This document shows positions 57,101-64,000 of a stretch of DNA of 64,000 nt, in pieces (position 1 is the first letter of the stretch; the number at the start of each line of letters is the position of its first letter). This stretch comes from a candidate division WWE3 bacterium RIFOXYC1_FULL_40_10. GTDB lineage: Bacteria; Patescibacteriota; WWE3; UBA101185; UBA10185. Where the stretch lies: contig MEWB01000001.1 in the NCBI GenBank assembly GCA_001773215.1, forward strand, positions 678,099 through 742,098, read 5' to 3'. A program made the translations under genes and the position numbers. The notes under the pieces were generated by a model. It was not told the DNA's origin and ran no database searches. It was given only the letters and a program-made list of their open reading frames with translations.

Positions 57101-57260
57101 TATTTACTTGCTTTCCGGTCTGAAAATTATCTAAGGCAATAACCCTTGCTCCTTTGTCGAGCAAAGCTTGTGCTAGGTGGGAACCTATAAAACCGGCACC
57201 TCCTGAAATAAGTGCTGTCGGTATGAGTGCTGTTTTTCTTATTACTTGATCTTTGGGCAT
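54144..57260 (-). CDS. Fusion protein: NAD-dependent sugar epimerase/dehydratase domain, a TM helix, and a large extracytoplasmic domain of unknown function
   Basis: 1038 aa. N-terminal ~330 aa SDR epimerase (ISGGAGFIGSHL, YxxxK). Single TM helix (LTIGAILAAAVITFVVFPVF). The remaining ~600 aa are hydrophilic with the motif WFQNSNEIRPTGGFIGSYG. First gene of the VirB4 operon. Confidence 0.55.
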   Translation of the reverse strand: MPKDQVIRKTALIPTALISGGAGFIGSHLAQALLDKGARVIALDNFQTGKQVNIQHLMNNPNFALYDVDINEGIPSDIDSVDYIIHLASLEEYLYSKEYLNLDSLLTNSLGVKNLLDLAKKSEAKFLLASTIDVYQGRMSQLSIDKYFGFSSFEDNKFSLTEAKRFSEALVWQYYHRYKLDIRVARLPEIYGPNMNLDASGSIGSFLKDLIERRDISVRGDGTDKEFYLYIEDAIAGILKALFNPVTKGNIYSLVGGEPVSVLEVAYLVKSMADAELDVKYSPYLSPVKQGPRDVDTFNLGDLAWEPKVALKEGIVKTLSWFGYKVNSLSFKPARYIQDHIASRAVTAPPIATTPMPIYAYEPGFKAPAANVPTSFSPNPYPYINKRNPVGELIKKLRDIVRKGIKTTGALPRITAHSVSPKVSRSLTIGAILAAAVITFVVFPVFQVFSKAEHGKLALMAVRDPSNHFDSEQIKNNLKTATEDFTSSRSYLVKVKWLFKISGKKEQYNATYRLLSSLINFSKSGEELADVVKPMEALWAIIRPDTDETMDSSYFDSAKFSLLNARNTIGLASADFKNISIPDLPEKLQEPARVYGVYLEQIDSGLVLASAVVADLPQILGASSKKTYMVWFQNSNEIRPTGGFIGSYGLLTFENGKLKDLTIDDIYNPDGQIDLRGISVPSPSPIAELLGENGLHLRNSNWSPDFPSSVVAFDDLYYRVTGEDIDGYLAVDLSFAKELINVTGPLFLAAYDEQITSENLYERTQYHSDFNFEAGSDAKRGFLTVLGSKLLEKIFATPKDKISPLLGSIEKSLDERHFQIYFKNSSLNAFLKSRNWDGSLADSEGDYLQVVNANLGGTKANYYVQNTMEYEVDSLTRDGILRGTLALNYKHTGEGDAWPGGPYTNYVRVLTQAGSKLTGAKFIYKDNTTLDIFDRIRVSSVGRYSSFETTFKLEPTSSLTLLLNYDLPEGLSITKDFQDYTMLWQKQSGTHDDVFNFKFNAPFGMTLNQFSSNLEQKNNLVEDTGVLDKDVRYIVKLQ

Positions 57261-57347
57261 TACGGGCAGTTCGTATCAATAAATACGTAATTTCCTAAAT
57301 TATAGATAGTACGCGGAAGTATTACAATGGCTTTTTACTGTGATATG

Positions 57348-59168
57348 TTAGGAAAATCTCGCGTAAACTCTCACTTTTCCTTCTCCCATTTTTTCTTGTT
57401 TGAATATTTCGATCGGTTGTAATTTACAAGTGTTATCAACATGGGGACCACCGCAAAACTCCTTGCTAAGAGAGCTCTCCAGGGATGAACCTACATAGTA
57501 AACCTTTACCTCGTCGGGATATGTCTCATGTTCCAGGTATCCTGCACCTGCTTCGATGGCTTTGTCTTTAGACAGCATAACAAAATTGACCGGATAACAC
57601 GCTCTTATGGCGTCGTTAACTAAAGCTGTTACTTTCTTTATTTCTTCGTCTGTGAGCTTACGATGGTGAGTGAAATCAAATCTCAGTCTCTCAGATGTGA
57701 TGTTGCTTCCAACTTGCTTTACGTGGTTGCCCAAAACGTCTTGCAATGCCATTTGGAGCAGGTGGGTAGTAGTGTGGTATTTTACAACCGTTTCACTACT
57801 ATCAGCCAAACCTCCCTTAAATTTCTTTTCCGCCCCTAAACGAGACATATCCTGATGTTTTCCGGCAACCTCATTATAAACCCGCTCAAAAGCCTGTAAA
57901 TCGACAGTTGCGGCCTTATCATCTAGATCAGCCAAAAACATCTCTACGGGATACCCAAGAGATTGGTACATATCAAAGGCTTTGGAGGCTAGTTCCTCTA
58001 AATTACTTGTATCCAGAGTGGCATACAACCTTTCAAACTCCCTACTTCCTTTTTGGAGAGTTCTCCAAAACTTATCTTCCTCCAAACTAAACACTTCTTG
58101 GATTTCCGTCCTTCTCTGAACTAAACTCGGATATAACCACTCAAACAGCTCGCAAACAATAGGCACTAGATTTACCGAAATATCTTTTTCAACTCCTAAA
58201 TTCCTGCCGTTTCGTACCATTCTCCTTAATAGCCTCCTTAGGATATAACCCTGATCTTTGTTTGACGGCATAACCCCATCCATGGCCAGAAAAACACATG
58301 CTCTTATGTGATCGGCGATTATTCTCATTGATTTGGTTATTGTCTCGGAATCTCGGTAGTTTTTTTGGCTTAGTTGCTCTATTTTTTGGATTATAGGATA
58401 GAAATTGTCTGTTTCAAAAATATCTGATTTGTTTTGTACAACCATCGCCAGCCTTTCCAAGCCTCCGCCGAAATCAACATTCTTCTGAGCCAATTCCCTC
58501 CAACCTGATTCAGTCATTTGATATTGCATAAAGACCGAATTGCCAACTTCTAAGAACAAATCGTCATTTTCACCGGGTACTAAACCAAGCTTTGGCTCAC
58601 CGTCCCCGATGTAGTAAAAAACCTCACTATCAGGTCCTCCAAGCTCCCCAATGGCTTCACCCCTCTGCCACCAGCATTGATCTTTTCCGCACGCAAACAA
58701 TCTCTCGTTTTCCTTTGCTTCAACTCCATACTTAGCAAAAATTTGTTGTAACAAAAGCAAAGTATTCTCATCCCTCGGAGAATCTTTGTCTCCTGCAAAA
58801 AAAGTCGCAAATAGCCTTTTCGGATCCAACTTTACCTGCTCAATCAAAAACTCATATGCCCATGGGAGTTGTTCCTTTTTAAAATAATCATTCAAACTCC
58901 AATTGCCTATCATATGAAAAGCAAAAGTATGGGTTTTATCTCCTATCTCGTTGATATCATCCAAGCGGATAGCTCGTTGAACATTGACTAAACGACTCCC
59001 TAAAGGATGTGGCTCTCCCGAAAGATAAGGCACCAATGGAAACATCCCCGAATTCACAAACAAAAGGGTGGGATCGCCTTCGGGGACTAGGGAAACATTA
59101 GGGATTTGCTTATGGCCCCTGGACTTGTAAAACTCAAGGTAAAGTTCTAATATCTGTTTAGTCTGCAT
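57348..59168 (-). CDS. alaS: Alanine--tRNA ligase, compact form (catalytic and editing domains, no C-Ala domain)
   Basis: Class II aaRS core (FVNSGMFPLVPY; RLVNVQRAIRLDDINEIGDKTHTFAFHMIGNWSLNDYFK) and editing-domain motifs HTTTHLL and CGGPHV. Only 606 aa versus ~870 typical. Confidence 0.8.
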   Translation of the reverse strand: MQTKQILELYLEFYKSRGHKQIPNVSLVPEGDPTLLFVNSGMFPLVPYLSGEPHPLGSRLVNVQRAIRLDDINEIGDKTHTFAFHMIGNWSLNDYFKKEQLPWAYEFLIEQVKLDPKRLFATFFAGDKDSPRDENTLLLLQQIFAKYGVEAKENERLFACGKDQCWWQRGEAIGELGGPDSEVFYYIGDGEPKLGLVPGENDDLFLEVGNSVFMQYQMTESGWRELAQKNVDFGGGLERLAMVVQNKSDIFETDNFYPIIQKIEQLSQKNYRDSETITKSMRIIADHIRACVFLAMDGVMPSNKDQGYILRRLLRRMVRNGRNLGVEKDISVNLVPIVCELFEWLYPSLVQRRTEIQEVFSLEEDKFWRTLQKGSREFERLYATLDTSNLEELASKAFDMYQSLGYPVEMFLADLDDKAATVDLQAFERVYNEVAGKHQDMSRLGAEKKFKGGLADSSETVVKYHTTTHLLQMALQDVLGNHVKQVGSNITSERLRFDFTHHRKLTDEEIKKVTALVNDAIRACYPVNFVMLSKDKAIEAGAGYLEHETYPDEVKVYYVGSSLESSLSKEFCGGPHVDNTCKLQPIEIFKQEKMGEGKVRVYARFS

Positions 59169-59217
59169 GTGGGTATTTTATCAAAGCTGGCCAAATATAC
59201 CAAAAAGGAGAGCAAAA

Positions 59218-59445
59218 ATGGGAACCTCGGAGAATGTCACCGTACCATTGTTACTGATTTCACTTTGGTTCATTTTGTTGGGAGGCTTACTGGCGAAAGC
59301 AGTCATAGACAAGGCGGGGTTTTTGGCGCTGGTGCTGGGAACAATTGCCGTTCTGCTTGTATTTCCCTGCTTACTGAATCTAAAAATAAAAGCAATAAGT
59401 TTTGTCAACAAGGTTTATGGCTTCTTTTTCGGAAGATTTCAATAA
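59218..59445 (+). CDS. Small membrane protein (2 TM), hypothetical
   Basis: An AAGGAG RBS precedes the ATG at 59218. Hydrophobic, 75 aa, followed by a terminator. Confidence 0.35.
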   Translation: MGTSENVTVPLLLISLWFILLGGLLAKAVIDKAGFLALVLGTIAVLLVFPCLLNLKIKAISFVNKVYGFFFGRFQ

Positions 59446-59453
59446 ATCTTTGT

Positions 59454-59492
59454 CCCTCTTTGTGATTTTGATCTCAAAGAGGGCTTTTTTTT
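59454..59492 (+). terminator. Rho-independent terminator
   Basis: ccctctttg / caaagaggg 9-bp stem, 12-nt loop, then a run of 8 T. Confidence 0.6.
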
Positions 59493-59538
59493 GCAATTGA
59501 TCTTTACCCCCAAGAGTGCTAATTTGTACAGATAGAAT

Positions 59539-60729
59539 ATGTCGGTAACAACTATTTCAAATGATGGCGGCAATAACAAACTCACTACTGCGTTAACCTA
59601 TATATTAGGCGTCGTAGGGATAGGCTTGATTGTATATTTTGGCGGTGAATTTATTAAAAAAGTCGGCGGAATAAACAAAAATGCCGGACTTACTGTTGCC
59701 CCTTTAAACGGCCAACAGGAAGTTTTCGTCAATGACGCATCACTAGGAATAGCTCCCATGGAAGCAACGAACATCAAACCAGGACCTAATAAAATAACCC
59801 TTAAAAGCCCCGGTAGACAATATGATACAACGATAAATTTCTTGGCTAATGATTCAAAGTATTTTCATACGGTCGGAATATTTAGAGATTTGGGCACTTC
59901 TGACACCTTTTCATCGGGCCAAGACTTTTGGTTCGAAAATGATGATTCGGGAGCGTTATTGCGAATCATCTCCGATCCGGCAGGGGCTGTTATAAGCATA
60001 GATGATGTTGAGATCGGAACCACACCGTTTGTTTCTTCCAGCATTTCCGAAGGTGGCTACGATATAAAAGTAGCCTACGACGGTTACGAAACACAAGTGC
60101 CGAGAGTAAACGTAAAAAACGGCTATACCTTAAACGTCAACGTCAAATTGTTTCCCACACCTGCTCCTCTGAAACCCAAAAAAGTGGAAGGTTACAACAC
60201 GTTGTTCAACTTATCCTCACCCAACGCCGCGGTAACTGCCGATACACTATCCTGGGCAAAAGCAGTACCCTACTGGGTATCCACAAGAGGTATTACCACA
60301 GAAAGCACAAAACCCATTAAGGCTGATGCTTTCGATTATCTTGTGGACTATAAGGGAAATGTATTTGATAAGCTAGGCAATCCCGTAACTACAAAAGAGG
60401 ATTTCGCCAATCTCAAGTCCGCTAAAAAAGGTGGCTACTTAGGAAGAACTATTGATGGAGAAGGAATCACACAACAAGCCTCAGAGGCTATCGCCTTAGT
60501 AGGCTCAGGGGAGGTAGTTGTAGGGGGAACTAAATCAGCTAAGATCAACTCTACCCCTACCGGTTGGTTGAGAGTGCGAAATATTCCAGGATTAAACGGC
60601 TCCGAGATAGCCAGAGTAAATGTTGGAGACACTTATTCGATATTAGAACAACAAACAGGCTGGCTAAAAATAAAGGTTTCTCAAACTCTGGAAGGCTGGA
60701 TAAGCAGCGACTACGTGACTATATTTTAA
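59539..60729 (+). CDS. Membrane-anchored protein with PEGA domain(s) and a C-terminal bacterial SH3 domain
   Basis: N-terminal TM anchor; PEGA-like segments (PAGAVISIDDVEIGTTPF...GYDIKVAYDGYETQVPRVNVKNGYTLNVNV); C-terminal SH3b-like GWLRVRNIPGLNGSEIARVNVGDTYSILEQQTGWLKI. Confidence 0.55.
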   Translation: MSVTTISNDGGNNKLTTALTYILGVVGIGLIVYFGGEFIKKVGGINKNAGLTVAPLNGQQEVFVNDASLGIAPMEATNIKPGPNKITLKSPGRQYDTTINFLANDSKYFHTVGIFRDLGTSDTFSSGQDFWFENDDSGALLRIISDPAGAVISIDDVEIGTTPFVSSSISEGGYDIKVAYDGYETQVPRVNVKNGYTLNVNVKLFPTPAPLKPKKVEGYNTLFNLSSPNAAVTADTLSWAKAVPYWVSTRGITTESTKPIKADAFDYLVDYKGNVFDKLGNPVTTKEDFANLKSAKKGGYLGRTIDGEGITQQASEAIALVGSGEVVVGGTKSAKINSTPTGWLRVRNIPGLNGSEIARVNVGDTYSILEQQTGWLKIKVSQTLEGWISSDYVTIF

Positions 60730-61376
60730 TTAATTGCCCAATCAACTAAATCAGGCCTTAAAACAGTTATTAGTTTTTTCGTATCGGCCAAGTCTTCTGT
60801 CAAGCCAAGCTTTTTTTCATACCTGGCGATTAAAACCAAAACACCGGCATCATTTTTGTAGTCGCGTTTTAATTCTGAGTAGTACGCTCTAGCTTTCTCC
60901 GTATACTCATCATCCAATTCTTTAGAGGTTAAGTCTCTTAAAGCCAAAAAATAATACAAGGGAACAAGATTTCGTTTTGTCACTAAATTATTCCTATTTG
61001 CAGCCAACGAGAGATCCAAATCCTCCAGTATCTGGCTTTTTTTAGAATCGTAAGCCCCAAGGTCTGTTAATACTAAAGACGCGATTTCTACTCGGGCCTT
61101 GTTGCGGTAATAAGAGGGTTCAAGCTTATTTAATAGCACCGCTCTTCCTGCGTTATATGTTGCGCCCTGGATATCTCCTTTACTCAGCAATTCCATAGCT
61201 TTTTCACTTGAAACGTCAGCAACATATCTCTGTACAAAGATAGCAGACATAGAAAAGTACCCTGCCCAAATTGTAAGTATTAAAATTACCCGCGCTTTTT
61301 TATTCATCTGTTTTTGCCCCTGCATATGCTGCAAACATCCAAAAAAGCAGTTCGGTATTAACTGTTGGCCAACCAA
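60726..61376 (-). CDS. Membrane-anchored hypothetical protein with helical (TPR-like?) repeats
   Basis: 216 aa with a TM anchor and then an alpha-helical repeat composition. Downstream of the O-antigen-ligase-like gene, with which it overlaps. Confidence 0.3.
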   Translation of the reverse strand: MVGQQLIPNCFFGCLQHMQGQKQMNKKARVILILTIWAGYFSMSAIFVQRYVADVSSEKAMELLSKGDIQGATYNAGRAVLLNKLEPSYYRNKARVEIASLVLTDLGAYDSKKSQILEDLDLSLAANRNNLVTKRNLVPLYYFLALRDLTSKELDDEYTEKARAYYSELKRDYKNDAGVLVLIARYEKKLGLTEDLADTKKLITVLRPDLVDWAIN

Positions 61377-62520
61377 ATATATTCGTGACCAAATACCCTG
61401 CCAATCCGGCTTTTAGATAAAAAGGAACTTTCCGAAAAACACCTACAAAAACAGCCCCCCAGAAAACCAATCCCACTACCCCTTGTTCTGCCAACAACTC
61501 CAAATAATAATTATGCGGTTTGTTTACAACAAAATCCCACTCGGAAGAAAAATTTAGTCCGGCCGGTCTAAATTTTTGAAATTCGTAAGGAAATGTCTCC
61601 GGACCAGTTCCAAAGATGAAATTTTTAAGAGAGGAAAATGCCAACGCCAAGGTCCCTTGCCATATTCCGAGTCGAATCACCCCCGGATCCGACAACTGCC
61701 CCTCTTGTGCATGCACCACAATAGCTGCCTCTGTGATTTTTCTCATATCTTGAAAGATACTCTTAACCCTATCTCCAAAAATTCCCGGGTTAAGTAGAGA
61801 AAAAGCAATCATACACACAAGCAGAAAAGTAATCCTAATATTTAAAAGCTTCTCTCTAAATAGAAAATAAAGAAAAAAAGCCAACATGACTATAAAACCA
61901 AGCATTCCAGATATCGAGTAGGTAAACCACAAACAGGCATAACACAGCAAAAAAACCAAGCTCCAAAAATTAGATTTTTTTACTAAGCTCGAATATAAAA
62001 TTACAGGCATCACCATCACAATGTATTGGGCCAACCAGTTTGGCTGGCCTATTGTGGAATGGACTCGTTGATAAGAGTAGCCATAGTGCTGAATTATTCC
62101 ATACACGCTAAGAGGTAATACAGTCAGTGCACCAACTTCCAGGATACCTAATACTCTTTTTCGGTTGAAAACATTGATCCCCACAATATATAATCCGTAA
62201 AAAACTATCGCAGACATCAACCCCCCGACAAACCTGGAGTAATACCCCCAAACTGATGTATATATGTGGCTTGAGAGCACAGTCGAAATAGAGAACGCAA
62301 CTAAATATATAGCAACCGGCCTGCTGCCAAGAGTAATTTTCTCCCATAAATTAACCTTATGGGTTAAAAACAAGGTGATTATGAAAAATCCAAATATATA
62401 CACAAACATCATCTTCGGAAACTGGAAGGCTTCGTAGGTGTTTACCGAAAGAATTATCGGACATAACAACAAAAGTATCGAGTACAAGTATTTATAACTC
62501 ATTGACTGTCTATCTCGCAT
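61300..62520 (-). CDS. O-antigen ligase / Wzy_C family polytopic membrane protein
   Basis: 406 aa with ~11 TM helices, a large periplasmic loop, and HNYYLELLAEQGVVGL (the WaaL/Wzy_C H-N-x-x-L-E-x-G motif). Confidence 0.55.
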   Translation of the reverse strand: MRDRQSMSYKYLYSILLLLCPIILSVNTYEAFQFPKMMFVYIFGFFIITLFLTHKVNLWEKITLGSRPVAIYLVAFSISTVLSSHIYTSVWGYYSRFVGGLMSAIVFYGLYIVGINVFNRKRVLGILEVGALTVLPLSVYGIIQHYGYSYQRVHSTIGQPNWLAQYIVMVMPVILYSSLVKKSNFWSLVFLLCYACLWFTYSISGMLGFIVMLAFFLYFLFREKLLNIRITFLLVCMIAFSLLNPGIFGDRVKSIFQDMRKITEAAIVVHAQEGQLSDPGVIRLGIWQGTLALAFSSLKNFIFGTGPETFPYEFQKFRPAGLNFSSEWDFVVNKPHNYYLELLAEQGVVGLVFWGAVFVGVFRKVPFYLKAGLAGYLVTNIFGWPTVNTELLFWMFAAYAGAKTDE

Positions 62521-62546
62521 AGTAGTAACATTTTAACAGCTGCCAT

Positions 62547-63092
62547 ATGTTCTCTAAAGTACTAATTAAATTAATAGATCAAGCAATAATTCCTGCGATA
62601 GTACTTTTGGCAACGAGAATAGTCTCTTTGGTCTTAGTAAGCAACCAGTACGGATACTCATATTCAGTGGGCGCTACAGGCTTCACAGTGAACTCTCCGG
62701 AGGAAGTTGCTAACTTAAACTCTTATTCCACATTATTTATGGCAATCGTATTGGCACTAGGTTTAACCTACATTCTTATTAAAGCCCTAGTATTTCACGA
62801 CTCTCATATCTCACCGTCGACGACTGCTAAACTGTATTCCTTAAAATTCGACTACTTAATTCAAAACTCGTATAAACTCTACACTCAAGGATCGGTTTGG
62901 CTCAGCTATCTATACCTTCTAACAGTCTTTTCAGGTTATATGGCACTAAATCAAATCGCATACATCTGGGTTTTTTACATAACATTCCTGCTGTCTCTCA
63001 TTCTTACCGTTCTGTTTGTAATGGATGTGGAACATGAGATGGCAATTAATAAGAGGGAATTTGAAGAAGCAGGTTATGACTCAGAAAACTAA
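62547..63092 (+). CDS. Membrane protein (4 TM), hypothetical
   Basis: 181 aa, hydrophobic. No family recognised. Confidence 0.3.
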   Translation: MFSKVLIKLIDQAIIPAIVLLATRIVSLVLVSNQYGYSYSVGATGFTVNSPEEVANLNSYSTLFMAIVLALGLTYILIKALVFHDSHISPSTTAKLYSLKFDYLIQNSYKLYTQGSVWLSYLYLLTVFSGYMALNQIAYIWVFYITFLLSLILTVLFVMDVEHEMAINKREFEEAGYDSEN

Positions 63093-63282
63093 TATGGAAA
63101 AGCTACTTATGACGGTACTAAATACATTCGTATTGGCCATTTTTTTGGGAATTTTGCTTACGCCTGTTGCCAGCTTTGGATTATTACGCCTGGATAGACA
63201 GCCGTCACAAGTTCTTCCTGCGGAAACTTACAGAGAATTGCCCGAGGAAGTTGCGGAGACAACTGAAAGCACCCGCTGAGGC

Positions 63283-63978
63283 TTACCCCAGATAAGGAAA
63301 GATATAAATGAAGAGCATGACCATTATTCCCCACAGAGTTACCGCAGATAGTAAAGCTCTATCGGACAGAAGAACTCTAGCCGGAGATTCCCCTTCTTTT
63401 TTTTCGTAGATTACATAAAGATATCGAGCAACGCCGTAAATAACCAGCGGAATTGTTAACATCATCCATTTGGGACTTTTTAATACCGAAGGTAAAACTC
63501 CCGAAAAAACAGTATTTTTACCCTCGGGAGATATTTGAAAAGTGAATAGCGAATAAGTAATGATGGTATAGGCTGCAGACATAGAAATCATGCTATCAAG
63601 CAATGAGTCTGGATATTGATTTAGTGTTTTCCTGGTTTTAGTTTCACCGTCCTGATTAAATTTGGCTAATATAGTTTTTTCGGAACGTCTTTTCCCAAAA
63701 GCTAAGAGTAACGAAATACCTATTGTGGTAAGAGCAAGCCATGAGGAAACCGAAGTTTCCGAGGCAAAACCACCCGCAAAAACTCTTAGCACAAAACCCG
63801 AGGCTACAACCAAAGAGTCCAAAATTATTACACTTCTAAAGTATGCGGAATACCCAAGTTGAATGAGCAGATAGGTAACTACAACCCAAGTAAAATAGGT
63901 GCCTACATAATTTAAAGCAATGTACATCGATGAAACGACAAACAGTACTGCTATGATCAATGCAAGTTTTTTAGACAA
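63283..63978 (-). CDS. UbiA-family prenyltransferase-like membrane protein (N-terminus probably beyond window end)
   Basis: Polytopic membrane protein with the pattern LDSLVVASGFVLRVFAGG...GKRRSEK, resembling the C-terminal two thirds of UbiA-like phosphoribosyl/prenyl transferases. No N-terminal NDxxD motif is present, so the gene is likely truncated by the window edge. Confidence 0.35.
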   Translation of the reverse strand: MSKKLALIIAVLFVVSSMYIALNYVGTYFTWVVVTYLLIQLGYSAYFRSVIILDSLVVASGFVLRVFAGGFASETSVSSWLALTTIGISLLLAFGKRRSEKTILAKFNQDGETKTRKTLNQYPDSLLDSMISMSAAYTIITYSLFTFQISPEGKNTVFSGVLPSVLKSPKWMMLTIPLVIYGVARYLYVIYEKKEGESPARVLLSDRALLSAVTLWGIMVMLFIYIFPYLG

Positions 63979-64000
63979 CTTTCCCGAAGCTATTGGCCTA

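Noticed and set aside
1-64000. CRISPR arrays, cas genes, integrases, transposases or other recognisable mobile elements
   Set aside because: No regularly spaced direct repeats and no recombinase-like ORFs were seen. The GC-elevated islets are not flanked by detectable direct repeats, and the tRNA-Pro has no adjacent integrase.

Overview
This window comes from a low-GC (about 35-40%), tightly packed bacterial genome. Most genes touch or overlap their neighbours, many carry a strong AAGGAGG Shine-Dalgarno site, and many encode shortened versions of housekeeping proteins. That style fits a reduced-genome, possibly episymbiotic (candidate-phyla-radiation-like) bacterium, but this is an inference. 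UGA is used as a stop codon, so the genetic code is standard.

Recognisable content:
- Housekeeping and translation: an rpmH-rnpA-yidD-yidC-jag-dnaN run (rpmH is a 52-aa ORF missing from the ORF track), a compact RNase P RNA (rnpB), one tRNA-Pro(GGG), and truB, miaA, miaB, tsaE plus a half-length tsaB, rsmB, uppS and a compact alaS.
- Cell division and wall: ftsE-ftsX followed by a coiled-coil M23 peptidase, and mltG.
- Envelope glycosylation: several GT-C-type polytopic membrane proteins, UDP-xylose synthase, NAD-dependent sugar epimerases, a GT2 polyprenyl-phosphate glycosyltransferase and an O-antigen-ligase-family protein.
- A GldA/GldF-GldG-like ABC system.
- An MgtA-type P-type ATPase.

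The four most unusual loci:
1. A minus-strand operon (28204-34394) encoding a 1304-aa secreted protein whose N-terminus carries five tandem knottin-like C-C-CC-C-C modules followed by FN3/Ig-like beta-rich repeats. Beside it are a membrane-anchored DsbA-like oxidoreductase whose thioredoxin domain looks circularly permuted and a pilin-like protein.
2. A four-gene operon (49660-57260): a VirB4/TrbE-like ATPase with a proline-rich tail, a separately encoded VirB4 N-terminal piece, a membrane coiled-coil protein with a beta-sandwich domain, and a sugar-nucleotide epimerase fused through one TM helix to a roughly 600-aa extracytoplasmic domain of unknown function.
3. The FtsEX-associated M23 peptidase, whose catalytic domain also looks circularly permuted.
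4. An NpmA/KamB-like 16S rRNA m1A1408 methyltransferase homologue, next to several GC-elevated, self-contained small genes, some apparently paralogous.

No CRISPR array, integrase or transposase was seen.
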